Source: Escherichia coli (GTDB lineage: Bacteria; Pseudomonadota; Gammaproteobacteria; Enterobacterales; Enterobacteriaceae). From it: a stretch of DNA of 64,000 nucleotides. A program made the position numbers and the translations under genes. A model generated the notes under the pieces. The model searched no databases. It had not been told where the DNA came from and saw only the letters and a list, made by a program, of their open reading frames with translations. The stretch lies in assembly GCF_051903065.1 (NCBI RefSeq), contig NZ_CP178438.1. One strand, 5' to 3'. Of this stretch, positions 45,659 through 56,831 are shown piece after piece. Numbering within the stretch: position 1 is the stretch's first letter; each line of letters begins with the position of its first letter.

Positions 45659-46746
45659 TGTCACCGCAGAATAATCATCTGCAGCGTCCGCCTGCTGCTG
45701 TGTTATACGCCGATGAACTGGCAAAATTAAAACAAAATGATACCGCACCTTGCCCGCCCGGTTGGCAGTTAAGTTTGCCTGCGGCCCGTGCTTTTATCCT
45801 TGGCGATAGCGCGCAAAATATTAGCCGTAAAGTGGTGATTAGTCCCTCCGCTGTCGAACGTATGTTAGTCACTCTTGCCACCGGACGCGGTTTGATGTTG
45901 GTGGGGGAACCTGGCACCGCAAAATCTCTCCTGTCTGAATTACTGGCAACCGCTATTAGCGGCGATGCCGGGTTAACCATCCAGGGCGGTGCATCTACTA
46001 CCGAAGATCAAATCAAGTACGGCTGGAACTACGCCCTGCTTATCAATCATGGTCCATCAACGGAAGCGCTGGTCCCTGCCCCGCTTTACCAGGGAATGCG
46101 CGACGGCAAAATCGTCCGTTTTGAAGAGATAACGCGTACACCGCTGGAAGTGCAAGACTGTCTGTTAGGTATGCTTTCTGACAGGGTGATGACGGTGCCG
46201 GAACTCACTGGTGAAGCCAGTCAGCTCTATGCGCGAGAAGGCTTTAATATTATTGCCACTGCCAATACCCGCGATCGCGGCGTCAATGAAATGAGTGCTG
46301 CGCTAAAGCGTCGCTTCGATTTTGAAACTGTCTTTCCGATTATGGATTTCGCCCAGGAGCTGGAGCTTGTCGCCAGTGCTTCGGCGCGTTTGCTGGCCCA
46401 TAGCGGTATTCCGCATAAAGTGCCTGACGCGGTACTGGAGTTACTGGTCCGCACTTTCCGCGATCTGCGTGCCAACGGCGAAAAGAAAACGTCAATGGAT
46501 ACACTAACAGCGATTATGTCCACCGCTGAAGCCGTGAACGTGGCCCACGCTGTGGGCGTCCGCGCCTGGTTTTTGGCGAATCGCGCAGGTGAGCCAGCCG
46601 ATCTGGTGGACTGTATTGCCGGAACCATCGTTAAAGATAACGAAGAAGATCGCGCTCGTCTGCGCCGTTACTTCGAACAGCGTGTCGCCACACATAAAGA
46701 AGCTCACTGGCAGGCTTATTATCAAGCCCGCCACCGCCTGCCGTGA
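45659..46746 (+). CDS. yehL: MoxR-like AAA+ ATPase YehL
   Basis: 362 aa from MSPQNNHLQ (SD agggatgaatatATG); Walker A GEPGTAKS, Walker B-like IVRFEEI. Confidence 0.88.
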
Positions 46747-46756
46747 GGAAAGATGC

Positions 46757-49036
46757 ATGAGCGAGCCGTTAATTGTCGGCATCCGGCATCATAGTCCGGC
46801 CTGCGCCCGGCTGGTGAAATCGTTAATCGAAAGCCAGCGGCCACGATACGTGTTGATTGAAGGCCCGGCTGATTTTAATGACCGGGTAGACGAACTGTTT
46901 TTAGCCCACCAGCTTCCGGTAGCTATTTACAGTTATTGCCAGTATCAGGACGGTGCAGCCCCCGGGCGTGGTGCCTGGACGCCATTTGCTGAATTTTCGC
47001 CGGAGTGGCAGGCGCTACAAGCCGCTCGTCGTATTCAGGCACAAACTTACTTCATCGATTTGCCTTGCTGGGCACAGAGTGAAGAAGAGGACGATTCGCC
47101 TGATACGCAAGAGGAAAGCCAGACCTTGCTGCTGCGTGCCACCCGCATGGATAACAGCGATACCCTGTGGGATCACTTGTTCGAAGATGAAAGCCAGCAA
47201 ACTGCATTACCCTCTGCACTGGCGCACTATTTTGCCCAACTGCGGGGCGATTTCCCCGGCGATGCACTCAATCGTCAGCGCGAAGCCTTTATGGCTCGCT
47301 GGATTGGATGGGCGGTGCAGCAAAATAATGGCGACGTGTTAGTCGTCTGCGGTGGCTGGCACGCTCCGGCACTGGCAAAAATGTGGCGCGAATGCCCGCA
47401 GGACATTAACAAGCCAGAATTGCCCTCGCTGGCAGATGCCGTTACAGGTTGTTATCTCACACCCTACAGTGAAAAGCGCCTTGATGTGCTGGCAGGATAC
47501 CTTTCAGGAATGCCTGCCCCGGTCTGGCAAAGCTGGTGCTGGCAGTGGGGCTTACAGCAGGCGGGAGAACAACTGCTAAAAACGGTTCTTACCCGTTTGC
47601 GCCAACACCACTTGCCTGCTTCGACCGCGGATATGGCTGCCGCTCATCTGCATGCGATGGCGCTGGCACAGTTGCGCGGACATAAACTACCGTTACGCAC
47701 TGACTGGCTGGATGCCATAGCAGGCTCGCTGATTAAAGAAGCCCTGAACGCGCCGTTGCCGTGGAGCTATCGCGGAGTTATTCATCCCGACACCGATCCG
47801 ATTCTGCTAACGTTGATAGACACATTAGCGGGTGACGGATTCGGTAAACTTGCCCCTTCTACGCCACAACCGCCTCTGCCAAAAGATGTCACCTGCGAAC
47901 TGGAACGTACCGCAATCTCTCTTCCGGCGGAGCTTACCTTAAATCGCTTTAACCCCAATGGACTAGCGCAAAGTCAGGTGTTACATCGGCTGGCAATACT
48001 GGAGATCCCAGGGATTGTACGCCAGCAGGGAAGCACACTGACACTTGCAGGCAACGGTGAAGAACGCTGGAAATTAACCCGCCCGCTTAGCCAGCATGCG
48101 GCATTGATTGAGGCCGCCTGCTTTGGTGCCACACTCCAGGAAGCCGCACGCCATAAATTAGAAGCCGATATGCTGGACGCGGGTGGAATCGGCAGTATCA
48201 CCACATGTCTTAGCCAGGCGGCGTTAGCGGGTCTGGCGTCCTTCAGTCAACAATTACTGGAGCAACTCACATTATTAATCGCCCAGGAAAATCAATTTGC
48301 CGAAATGGGGCAGGCGCTGGAAGTCCTTTATGCCTTATGGCGGTTAGATGAAATCAGCGGTATGCAAGGCGCGCAGATATTGCAGACGACGTTATGTGCG
48401 GCTATCGATCGCACGCTCTGGCTGTGTGAATCCGACGGCAAACCGGATGAAAAGGAGTTTCACGCTCACCTGCATAGCTGGCAGGCGCTTTGCCATATCC
48501 TGCGCGATCTACATAGCGGCGTTAATTTACCCGGCGTTTCTCTTTCTGCGGCGGTGGCCTTACTGGAACGCCGCAGTCAGGCAATTCATGTCCCGGCGCT
48601 GGATCGCGGCGCGGCTCTTGGCGCACTGATGCGTCTGGAACATCCCAACGCCAGTGCCGAAGCGGCGCTGACAATGCTGGCGCAGTTATCCCCGGCACAA
48701 TCCGGCGAGGCGCTGCACGGTTTGCTGGCGCTCGCCCGTCATCAACTGGCCTGCCAGCCGGCATTTATCGCCGGTTTCAGCAGTCATTTAAATCAACTGA
48801 ATGACGACGATTTTATTAACGCCCTGCCCGATTTACGCGCGGCGATGGCCTGGCTACCACCACGAGAACGCGGGACGCTGGCGCATCAGGTGCTTGAGCA
48901 TTATCAACTGGCGCAACTTCCCGTTTCGGCGCTGCAAATGCCGTTGCATTGTCCACCACAAGCCATTGCACATCATCAACAACTCGAACAGCAGGCACTG
49001 GCATCGCTGCAAAACTGGGGAGTTTTCCATGTCTGA
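46757..49036 (+). CDS. yehM: Large uncharacterised protein YehM (partner of MoxR ATPase)
   Basis: 759 aa from MSEPLIVGIRHHSPACARL; 10 bp after yehL stop; stop overlaps yehP start by 8 nt. Confidence 0.85.
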   Translation: MSEPLIVGIRHHSPACARLVKSLIESQRPRYVLIEGPADFNDRVDELFLAHQLPVAIYSYCQYQDGAAPGRGAWTPFAEFSPEWQALQAARRIQAQTYFIDLPCWAQSEEEDDSPDTQEESQTLLLRATRMDNSDTLWDHLFEDESQQTALPSALAHYFAQLRGDFPGDALNRQREAFMARWIGWAVQQNNGDVLVVCGGWHAPALAKMWRECPQDINKPELPSLADAVTGCYLTPYSEKRLDVLAGYLSGMPAPVWQSWCWQWGLQQAGEQLLKTVLTRLRQHHLPASTADMAAAHLHAMALAQLRGHKLPLRTDWLDAIAGSLIKEALNAPLPWSYRGVIHPDTDPILLTLIDTLAGDGFGKLAPSTPQPPLPKDVTCELERTAISLPAELTLNRFNPNGLAQSQVLHRLAILEIPGIVRQQGSTLTLAGNGEERWKLTRPLSQHAALIEAACFGATLQEAARHKLEADMLDAGGIGSITTCLSQAALAGLASFSQQLLEQLTLLIAQENQFAEMGQALEVLYALWRLDEISGMQGAQILQTTLCAAIDRTLWLCESDGKPDEKEFHAHLHSWQALCHILRDLHSGVNLPGVSLSAAVALLERRSQAIHVPALDRGAALGALMRLEHPNASAEAALTMLAQLSPAQSGEALHGLLALARHQLACQPAFIAGFSSHLNQLNDDDFINALPDLRAAMAWLPPRERGTLAHQVLEHYQLAQLPVSALQMPLHCPPQAIAHHQQLEQQALASLQNWGVFHV

Positions 49037-50165
49037 ACTGAACGATCTTCTGACCAACCGTGAGCTACAACGCTGGCGATTAATTCTTGGCGAAGCGGCA
49101 GAAACGACGCTTTGTGGGCTGGATGACAACGCCCGGCAGATAGACCACGCGCTGGAGTGGCTGTATGGGCGCGATCCTGAACGGCTCCAGCGTGGTGAAC
49201 GTTCCGGTGGATTAGGTAGCTCAAATCTCACCACCCCTGAGTGGATCAACAGTATTCACACGCTGTTTCCGCAACAGGTGATTGAGCGGCTGGAAAGCGA
49301 TGCCGTACTGCGCTACGGCATTGAAGATGTGGTGACGAATCTCGACGTGCTGGAACGTATGCAGCCTTCTGAAAGCCTGCTACGCGCCGTTTTGCACACC
49401 AAACATCTGATGAACCCCGAAGTACTGGCTGCCGCCCGCCGGATAGTGCGCCAGGTTGTTGAAGAAATTATGGCTCGACTGGCAAAGGAAGTTCGTCAGG
49501 CTTTTTCTGGTGTCCGCGATCGCCGTCGCCGCTCATCTATTCCACTGGCGCGAAACTTTGATTTCAAAAGTACTCTTCGCGCCAATCTGCAACACTGGCA
49601 CCCGCAACACGGCAAGTTGTATATCGAATCCCCCCGCTTTAACAGCCGCATTAAACGCCACAGTGAACAATGGCAACTGGTCTTACTGGTTGATCAAAGC
49701 GGATCGATGGTGGACTCGGTGATCCACTCTGCGGTGATGGCGGCCTGTTTGTGGCAGTTACCCGGCATTCGTACCCATCTGGTGGCGTTTGACACCAGCG
49801 TGGTTGATCTCACGGCAGACGTTGCCGATCCGGTAGAGTTATTAATGAAAGTGCAATTAGGCGGCGGAACCAATATCGCCAGTGCCGTGGAATATAGTCG
49901 GCAACTTATTGAACAACCAGCGAAAAGCGTCATTATCCTCGTGAGCGATTTTTACGAAGGGGGTTCATCATCATTACTGACGCATCAGGTGAAAAAGTGT
50001 GTCCAGAGCGGCATCAAAGTGCTGGGATTGGCAGCGCTCGATAGCACAGCTACGCCTTGCTATGACCGCGATACGACCCAGGCGCTGGTTAATGTCGGCG
50101 CACAAATAGCCGCCATGACGCCGGGCGAGCTGGCATCATGGCTTGCGGAGAATCTTCAGTCATGA
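49029..50165 (+). CDS. yehP: von Willebrand factor A (VWA) domain protein YehP
   Basis: 378 aa from MSELNDLLT; MIDAS motif DxSxS (LLVDQSGSM); upstream part of the 454-aa ORF overlaps yehM and is judged spurious. Confidence 0.85.
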   Translation: MSELNDLLTNRELQRWRLILGEAAETTLCGLDDNARQIDHALEWLYGRDPERLQRGERSGGLGSSNLTTPEWINSIHTLFPQQVIERLESDAVLRYGIEDVVTNLDVLERMQPSESLLRAVLHTKHLMNPEVLAAARRIVRQVVEEIMARLAKEVRQAFSGVRDRRRRSSIPLARNFDFKSTLRANLQHWHPQHGKLYIESPRFNSRIKRHSEQWQLVLLVDQSGSMVDSVIHSAVMAACLWQLPGIRTHLVAFDTSVVDLTADVADPVELLMKVQLGGGTNIASAVEYSRQLIEQPAKSVIILVSDFYEGGSSSLLTHQVKKCVQSGIKVLGLAALDSTATPCYDRDTTQALVNVGAQIAAMTPGELASWLAENLQS

Positions 50166-52165
50166 ATTCACTACGTCCGGAATTATTAGAACTGACACCG
50201 CAGGCACTGACGGCGTTAAGCAATGCCGGTTTTGTTAAGCGCAGCCTTAAGGAACTGGAAAATGGCAACGTCCCGGAAATCAGCCATGAGAACGGCGCTT
50301 TAATCGCCACCTTCAGTGACGGTGTCCGTACCCAGCTGGCGAACGGTCAGGCACTGAAAGAGGCTCAGTGCACCTGCGGGGCTAGCGGCATGTGCCGTCA
50401 TCGCGTGATGCTGGTGTTAAGTTATCAGCGACTTTGTGCCACCACCCGGCCCACGGAAAAAGAAGAAGAGTGGCAGCCTGCAATCTGGCTGGAAGAACTG
50501 GCTACCCTGCCCGATGCCACCCGCAAACGTGCACAGGTGCTGGTCGCTAAAGGCATCACCATTGAGTTGTTCTGTGCGCCTGGCGAAATTCCCTCAGCCC
50601 GCTTACCGATGAGCGATGTGCGTTTTTATTCCCGCAGCAGTATTCGTTTCGCCCGCTGTGATTGTATTGAAGGCACACTTTGCGAACATGTCGTACTGGC
50701 TGTGCAGGCCTTCGTCGAGGCCAAAACTCAGCAAGCGGAATTTACTCATTTAATCTGGCAGATGCGCAGCGAACACGTCACATCATCTGACGACCCGTTT
50801 GCCAGCGAAGAAGGCAACGCGTGTCGTCAATATGTTCAGCAATTAAGCCAGGCATTATGGCTTGGCGGCATCAGCCAGCCGCTTATTCACTACGAGGCCG
50901 CTTTCAGCCGCGCGCAGCAAGCGGCGGAACGCTGCAACTGGCGCTGGGTGAGTGAATCGCTACGGCAACTGCGCGCCAGCGTTGATGCCTTCCACGCCCG
51001 CGCCAGCCACTATCATGCAGGAGAATGCTTACGTCAGCTTGCGGCATTAAACAGTCGATTAAATTGCGCACAAGAGATGGCCCGGCGCGACAGTGTTGGT
51101 GAAGTTCCTCCTGTGCCGTGGCGCACGGTCGTTGGCTCTGGCATTGCCGGAGAAGCAAAGCTTGATCATCTGCGGCTGGTGTCTTTAGGTATGCGTTGCT
51201 GGCAGGATATTGAGCATTATGGTTTACGCATCTGGTTTACCGATCCCGACACCGGCAGTATTTTGCACCTTTCGCGCAGTTGGCCGCGAAGTGAACAGGA
51301 AAACTCACCGGCAGCTACGCGTCGGCTGTTTAGTTTTCAGGCTGGCGCACTGGCGGGTGGGCAAATTGTTTCACAAGCAGCAAAACGCAGTGCCGATGGC
51401 GAGCTGCTGTTAGCTACCCGCAACCGCTTAAGCAGCGTTGTGCCGCTGTCGCCTGATGCCTGGCGAATGTTGAGCGCGCCGTTACGCCAGCCGGGCATTG
51501 TGGCTTTGCGGGAATATTTACGCCAGCGTCCCCCCTCCTGCATACGGCCTCTTAATCAGGTCGATAACTTATTTATTCTGCCGGTCGCTGAGTGTATTTC
51601 GCTCGGTTGGGATAGCAGCCGCCAGACGCTGGATGCGCAGGTAATCAGCGGCGAAGGTGAAGATAATCTGCTGACGTTATCACTGCCAGCCTCAGCCAGC
51701 GCGCCTTATGCCGTTGAACGCATGGCGGCGCTTTTGCAACAAACAGACGACCCCGTGTGTCTGGTTTCTGGCTTTGTCAGTTTTGTTGATGGGCAATTGA
51801 CACTGGAACCACAGGTAATGATGACAAAGACTCGTGCCTGGGCGCTGGACGCAGAAACTGCGCCTGTGGTGGCATCACTACCTTCTGCCAGCGTTCTGCC
51901 TGTGCCGTCTACTGCTCATCAGTTGCTGATGCGCTGCCAGGCATTACTTATTCAACTGCTCCATAACGGCTGGCGCTATCAGGAACAGAGTGCTATTGGT
52001 CAGGCAGAGTTGCTGGCGAATGACCTCACCGCGGTGGGTTTTTATCGGCTGGCACATGTATTGGGACAATTTCGTAATACAGAAAGCGAGGCACGGGTAG
52101 AAGCAATGAATAACGGTGTTTTGCTGTGCGAACAATTATTCCCCATGCTTCAGCAACAAGGATGA
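50162..52165 (+). CDS. yehQ: SWIM zinc-finger protein YehQ
   Basis: Start ATG overlaps yehP stop (ATGA); two CxCx(n)CxH SWIM-type motifs (CTCGASGMCRH, CDCIEGTLCEH). Confidence 0.82.
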   Translation: MNSLRPELLELTPQALTALSNAGFVKRSLKELENGNVPEISHENGALIATFSDGVRTQLANGQALKEAQCTCGASGMCRHRVMLVLSYQRLCATTRPTEKEEEWQPAIWLEELATLPDATRKRAQVLVAKGITIELFCAPGEIPSARLPMSDVRFYSRSSIRFARCDCIEGTLCEHVVLAVQAFVEAKTQQAEFTHLIWQMRSEHVTSSDDPFASEEGNACRQYVQQLSQALWLGGISQPLIHYEAAFSRAQQAAERCNWRWVSESLRQLRASVDAFHARASHYHAGECLRQLAALNSRLNCAQEMARRDSVGEVPPVPWRTVVGSGIAGEAKLDHLRLVSLGMRCWQDIEHYGLRIWFTDPDTGSILHLSRSWPRSEQENSPAATRRLFSFQAGALAGGQIVSQAAKRSADGELLLATRNRLSSVVPLSPDAWRMLSAPLRQPGIVALREYLRQRPPSCIRPLNQVDNLFILPVAECISLGWDSSRQTLDAQVISGEGEDNLLTLSLPASASAPYAVERMAALLQQTDDPVCLVSGFVSFVDGQLTLEPQVMMTKTRAWALDAETAPVVASLPSASVLPVPSTAHQLLMRCQALLIQLLHNGWRYQEQSAIGQAELLANDLTAVGFYRLAHVLGQFRNTESEARVEAMNNGVLLCEQLFPMLQQQG

Positions 52166-52289
52166 AATAGTGCTTTTTACTAAGAGTTCTACTCCAGTTC
52201 CGGACTGCTCACGCCACGGTATTAGGCATATCCTATATAGCCCCTGGTGAGAGTCACCAGTTCCTTGATTAAATAAAATGGAGTTTTAC

Positions 52290-52751
52290 ATGAAGGCTTT
52301 CAATAAGCTGTTTTCCCTTGTTGTTGCATCTGTTCTGGTTTTCTCTCTTGCTGGCTGCGGTGACAAAGAAGAATCGAAGAAATTCAGCGCCAATCTGAAC
52401 GGCACTGAAATTGCCATTACCTATGTCTACAAAGGTGACAAGGTGCTTAAGCAATCTTCTGAAACCAAAATTCAATTTGCCTCCATTGGTGCTACCACCA
52501 AAGAAGATGCTGCCAAGACACTTGAGCCGTTAAGCGCCAAATACAAAAACATCGCGGGTGTTGAAGAAAAATTAACCTATACCGATACCTACGCGCAGGA
52601 AAACGTGACTATCGATATGGAAAAAGTGGATTTTAAAGCCCTGCAGGGTATTTCAGGAATCAACGTTTCTGCTGAAGATGCCAAAAAAGGTATCACTATG
52701 GCGCAAATGGAACTGGTGATGAAAGCCGCTGGTTTTAAAGAAGTGAAATAA
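52290..52751 (+). CDS. yehR: Lipoprotein YehR (DUF1307)
   Basis: 153 aa; lipobox LAGC (MKAFNKLFSLVVASVLVFSLAGC). Confidence 0.8.
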   Translation: MKAFNKLFSLVVASVLVFSLAGCGDKEESKKFSANLNGTEIAITYVYKGDKVLKQSSETKIQFASIGATTKEDAAKTLEPLSAKYKNIAGVEEKLTYTDTYAQENVTIDMEKVDFKALQGISGINVSAEDAKKGITMAQMELVMKAAGFKEVK

Positions 52752-52792
52752 TCTGTCGGCGGCCATGTTTGCGCATGGCCGCCATACCCGTC

Positions 52793-53263
52793 TTAGCTTT
52801 TCTTCACATGCTGGCGCGCTGCCAGTCCACGCAGAAAATAACGTAAAAATTGATCGCCGCATTCGCGGAAGTTTTTATGATCCGGTGCGCGCATCATCGC
52901 TGTAATTTCCGGCATCGAAACGCGGAACTGCTGTTCGGTGAGGATCGCCAGAATGTCATCGGTTTTCAGCGAAAACGCGATGCGTAATTTTTTCAGCACG
53001 ATGTTGTTATTAATGCGACGTTCCGGCTCCAGTGCCGGAGCAGACTCATCCTTGCCGCGTTTTTCATAAATCAGGCCATTGAGGAATGACGACAAAACAA
53101 TGTCCGGACAACGCTGAAAACCCTCTTCGTCTTCTTTACGTAGCCAGACGGCGATCTGTTCCGCGGTGGCTTCGACATTACCCAGCGCCAGAATACGCAC
53201 CAGGTCATTATTATTGGCTTTCAAAATGTAGCGCACGCTGCGCAGAATATCGTTACTTAGCAT
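52793..53263 (-). CDS. yehS: DUF1456 protein YehS
   Basis: 156 aa from MLSNDILRSVRYILK; internally duplicated ~70 aa module. Confidence 0.8.
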   Translation of the reverse strand: MLSNDILRSVRYILKANNNDLVRILALGNVEATAEQIAVWLRKEDEEGFQRCPDIVLSSFLNGLIYEKRGKDESAPALEPERRINNNIVLKKLRIAFSLKTDDILAILTEQQFRVSMPEITAMMRAPDHKNFRECGDQFLRYFLRGLAARQHVKKS

Positions 53264-53309
53264 GAGGCCTTCAGGTGTTGATGAGGCAAAAAGCCATTTT
53301 AGCAGTCTT

Positions 53310-54029
53310 TTACAGACCAATCGCCTCTTTTAAGCTTTTCAGATAACGGCGGCTGACCGGCACGGTTAAGCCATTACGCAAAATCAACTCGGCCTGGCCG
53401 TTATCTTCCAGACGAATCTCCTGTAAATGCGCGAGGTTAACCAGATACTGACGATGGCAGCGCAGTAGTGGTGTACGACTTTCCAGGGTACGTAATGTCA
53501 ATTCGGTAAAGCCCTCTTTCCCTTCGTGGCTGGTAACGTAGACACCGCTCATCCGACTGCTGACAAATGCCACATCTTTCATTTGCAGCAAATAAATCCG
53601 ACTATGCCCCGTACAAGGGATAAATTTCAGCGCCTGTTGATTTTCCGGTAACAGCGAAACATCCTGCTTGCTGCGTTCCTGACGCAAACGCGTCAGCGTT
53701 TTCTCCAGTCGCGCTTCATCAATTGGCTTCAGCAGATAGTCAAAGGCATGTTCTTCAAAGGCTTTAATAGCGTATTCGTCAAACGCGGTGAGAAAAACAA
53801 TATACGGACGATGTTCCGGGTCGAGCATCCCCACCATTTCCAGACCACTGATGCGCGGCATCTGGATATCGAGAAACAGCACATCCGGGCGCAGTTTATG
53901 CACCGCGCCGATCCCTTCCACGGCGTTTGAACACTCACCAACGATTTCAATATCGCTCTGCTCCTGCAAAAATACGCGCAGGTTCTCCCGTGCTAACGGT
54001 TCATCATCGACAATTAAGACTTTAATCAT
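53310..54029 (-). CDS. btsR: LytTR-family response regulator BtsR (YehT)
   Basis: 239 aa from [16 protein letters not shown]; receiver + LytTR DNA-binding domain. Confidence 0.9.
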   Translation of the reverse strand: MIKVLIVDDEPLARENLRVFLQEQSDIEIVGECSNAVEGIGAVHKLRPDVLFLDIQMPRISGLEMVGMLDPEHRPYIVFLTAFDEYAIKAFEEHAFDYLLKPIDEARLEKTLTRLRQERSKQDVSLLPENQQALKFIPCTGHSRIYLLQMKDVAFVSSRMSGVYVTSHEGKEGFTELTLRTLESRTPLLRCHRQYLVNLAHLQEIRLEDNGQAELILRNGLTVPVSRRYLKSLKEAIGL

Positions 54030-55711
54030 GCCTCGTCCCTCCATGGTAGTCGTAACGTTATTCGGGTGTAACTATCAGGCTCACAGGCGACGCTTATCCC
54101 ATAGTCATCGCCAAACCGTTCACGTAAACGCTTATCCACCAGATTCATCCCCAGCCCACTGGCATTGGTTACCGGTTGATACAAACCGGCATTGTCTTCG
54201 ATCTCCAGCATCAAATGTTGCCCCTCACGTCGGGCGCTGATTGCCACTCGCCCTGTATCCAGCAGTTGTGATGTCCCATGTTTAATGGCGTTTTCCACTA
54301 TCGGTTGCAGGGTAAACGCGGGCAATTGCTGCTGGGATAATTCTTGCGGAATAGCAATGTTGACCTGCAACCGCGACTGGAAGCGCGCCTTTTCAATTTG
54401 CAGATAAGCGTTCACATGTTCAATTTCGTCGGCGAGAGTAACAAACTCCGAAGGCCGCTTTAAGTTTTTGCGGAAAAAAGTGGAAAGATACTGCACCAGC
54501 TGGCTGGCCTGTTCGCTGTCGCGGCGGATCACCGCTTTAATGGTGTTAAGCGCATTAAACAAAAAATGGGGATTCACCTGGGCGTGAAGCAGTTTGATCT
54601 CTGACTGGGTGAGCATCGCTTTTTGCCGCTCATATTGCCCGGCAAGGATCTGCGCCGAAAGCAATTGCGCAATCCCCTCACCCAACGTGCGGTTGATTGA
54701 ACTGAACAAACGGTTTTTGGCTTCATACAATTTGATGGTGCCCATCACCCGCTGATTTTCACCACGCAACGGAATTACCAGCGTCGACCCCAGTTTGCAT
54801 TGCGGATGCAAAGAGCAACGGTAAGGTACTTCGTTGCCATCAGCGTAGACCACTTCACCGGTTTCAATCGCTTTTAAAGTATAAGTTGAAGAAATCGGTT
54901 TGCCGGGTAAATGGTGGTCGTCACCAATTCCGGTAAAGGCCAGCAATTTCTCTCGATCGGTAATCGCGACTGCACCAATATCCAGCTCCTGATACAGCAC
55001 CTGAGCCACTTTCATGCTGTTCACTTCGTTAAACCCCTGTCGCAAAATGCCTTCCGTCGAGGCTGCCACTTTCAGCGCAGTGGCAGAAAAAGCCGAAGTG
55101 TATTTTTCAAACATCGCGCGTTTATCGAGCAATATACGCATAAACAGCGCCGCGCCGACGGTATTGGTGACCATCATTGGCGCAGCAATATTACTCACCA
55201 GACGCACCGCATCTTCATAAGGTCGGGCGATCGCCAGGATGATCAACATTTGCACCATTTCAGCGACGAACGTGACGGCACCGGCGGTAATGGGGTTAAA
55301 GACTTTATCAGTGCGCCCGCGGCGGATCAGGATGCTGTGTACCAGGCCACCGAGCAATCCTTCAACGATGGTCGAGATCATGCAACTTAGCGCGGTCATG
55401 CCCCCCATCGAATATCGATGTAACCCGCCGGTCAGGCCAACCAGCCCACCGACGACCGGACCGCCGAGTAAGCCGCCCATTACCGCGCCTATCGCACGGG
55501 TATTGGCAATAGAATCGTCAATGTGCAACCCAAACCAGGTGCCCATGATGCAGAAGATGGAAAAGACGATGTAGCAGAGAAATTTATGCGGCAGACGAAC
55601 CGTGACCTGCATTAACGGTATGAATAATGGCGTTTTACTCATTAACCATGCAATGACTAAAAAAACGCACATCTGCTGAAGCAGCAGCAACACCAGATTA
55701 AAATCGTACAT
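54026..55711 (-). CDS. btsS: LytS-type sensor histidine kinase BtsS (YehU), pyruvate sensing
   Basis: 561 aa from [12 protein letters not shown]; 5TM-LytS membrane domain, GAF, HisKA_3/HATPase. Confidence 0.9.
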   Translation of the reverse strand: MYDFNLVLLLLQQMCVFLVIAWLMSKTPLFIPLMQVTVRLPHKFLCYIVFSIFCIMGTWFGLHIDDSIANTRAIGAVMGGLLGGPVVGGLVGLTGGLHRYSMGGMTALSCMISTIVEGLLGGLVHSILIRRGRTDKVFNPITAGAVTFVAEMVQMLIILAIARPYEDAVRLVSNIAAPMMVTNTVGAALFMRILLDKRAMFEKYTSAFSATALKVAASTEGILRQGFNEVNSMKVAQVLYQELDIGAVAITDREKLLAFTGIGDDHHLPGKPISSTYTLKAIETGEVVYADGNEVPYRCSLHPQCKLGSTLVIPLRGENQRVMGTIKLYEAKNRLFSSINRTLGEGIAQLLSAQILAGQYERQKAMLTQSEIKLLHAQVNPHFLFNALNTIKAVIRRDSEQASQLVQYLSTFFRKNLKRPSEFVTLADEIEHVNAYLQIEKARFQSRLQVNIAIPQELSQQQLPAFTLQPIVENAIKHGTSQLLDTGRVAISARREGQHLMLEIEDNAGLYQPVTNASGLGMNLVDKRLRERFGDDYGISVACEPDSYTRITLRLPWRDEA

Positions 55712-55932
55712 ACCCGCAAACCACACTTCCCTTTAAAACGCGTAACATACATTGCCTGCGTTTAACTTTCTTTGAACTCTTGCAGAAAAATGAGAATTCG
55801 TGAGTACGATCACTCAAAATCGCCAGGCAAAAATAAAATCACCCTATAGATGCACAAAAAACGGGTAAAACTACCTGGTTCGCAAAACTGCGTCTAAAGT
55901 TAAACCGGGACCTCGCGAGCAAGGGTGAGACG

Positions 55933-56664
55933 ATGGCGCTTTACACAATTGGTGAAGTGGCGTTGCTTTGTGATATTAACCCTGTCACGTTACGCGCGTG
56001 GCAGAGGCGTTACGGATTGCTGAAACCGCAACGGACAGACGGCGGTCATCGGCTGTTCAACGATGCCGATATTGACCGGATCCGCGAGATCAAACGCTGG
56101 ATCGACAACGGCGTGCAGGTCAGCAAAGTTAAAATGCTGCTCAGTAATGAAAATGTTGATGTGCAGAACGGCTGGCGCGATCAGCAAGAAACATTACTGA
56201 CTTACTTGCAAAGCGGCAATCTGCATAGCCTGCGAACGTGGATCAAAGAGCGCGGTCAGGATTACCCCGCCCAGACGCTCACCACGCATCTGTTTATTCC
56301 TCTGCGCCGACGGCTTCAGTGCCAACAACCAACTCTCCAGGCGCTGCTGGCGATCCTCGACGGCGTACTGATCAACTACATCGCCATCTGTCTGGCTTCG
56401 GCACGTAAAAAACAGGGTAAAGATGCGCTGGTGGTTGGCTGGAATATTCACGATACCACCCGTCTGTGGCTGGAGGGCTGGATTGCCAGTCAACAAGGAT
56501 GGCGCATTGATGTCCTCGCCCACTCGCTCAATCAACTACGCCCTGAACTGTTCGAAGGCCGTACATTGCTGGTGTGGTGCGGTGAAAATCGAACCTCCGC
56601 CCAACAACAGCAACTCACCAGTTGGCAAGAACAAGGCTATGATATTTTCCCACTCGGCATTTAA
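55933..56664 (+). CDS. mlrA: MerR-family regulator MlrA (csgD activator)
   Basis: 243 aa; N-terminal MerR HTH (MALYTIGEVALLCDINPVTLRAWQRRYGLLKPQRT). Confidence 0.9.
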   Translation: MALYTIGEVALLCDINPVTLRAWQRRYGLLKPQRTDGGHRLFNDADIDRIREIKRWIDNGVQVSKVKMLLSNENVDVQNGWRDQQETLLTYLQSGNLHSLRTWIKERGQDYPAQTLTTHLFIPLRRRLQCQQPTLQALLAILDGVLINYIAICLASARKKQGKDALVVGWNIHDTTRLWLEGWIASQQGWRIDVLAHSLNQLRPELFEGRTLLVWCGENRTSAQQQQLTSWQEQGYDIFPLGI

Positions 56665-56723
56665 TGATTCGTTAACAAATGCGCTTTACTGTACAATCCT
56701 TTCGTTAACATAAGGAGTGCATT

Positions 56724-56831
56724 ATGCGCATAGCTAAAATTGGGGTCATCGCCCTGTTCCTGTTTATGGCGTTAGGCGGAATTGGTGGCGTCATGCTCGC
56801 AGGTTATACCTTTATTTTGCGTGCTGGCTAA
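56724..56831 (+). CDS. yohO: Small membrane protein YohO (35 aa)
   Basis: [35 protein letters not shown] with SD taaggagtgcattATG; not in the supplied ORF track (below length cutoff). Confidence 0.7.

Noticed and set aside
48801-49028. 76-codon N-terminal extension of the yehP ORF overlapping yehM
   Set aside because: The extension is Arg/Cys/His-rich out-of-frame read-through of the yehM 3' end; the coupled start at 49029 fits operon architecture.
50138-50161. Alternative yehQ start 8 codons upstream (MACGESSV)
   Set aside because: The ATG at 50162 overlaps the yehP stop (ATGA coupling); the upstream start remains possible but is less parsimonious.
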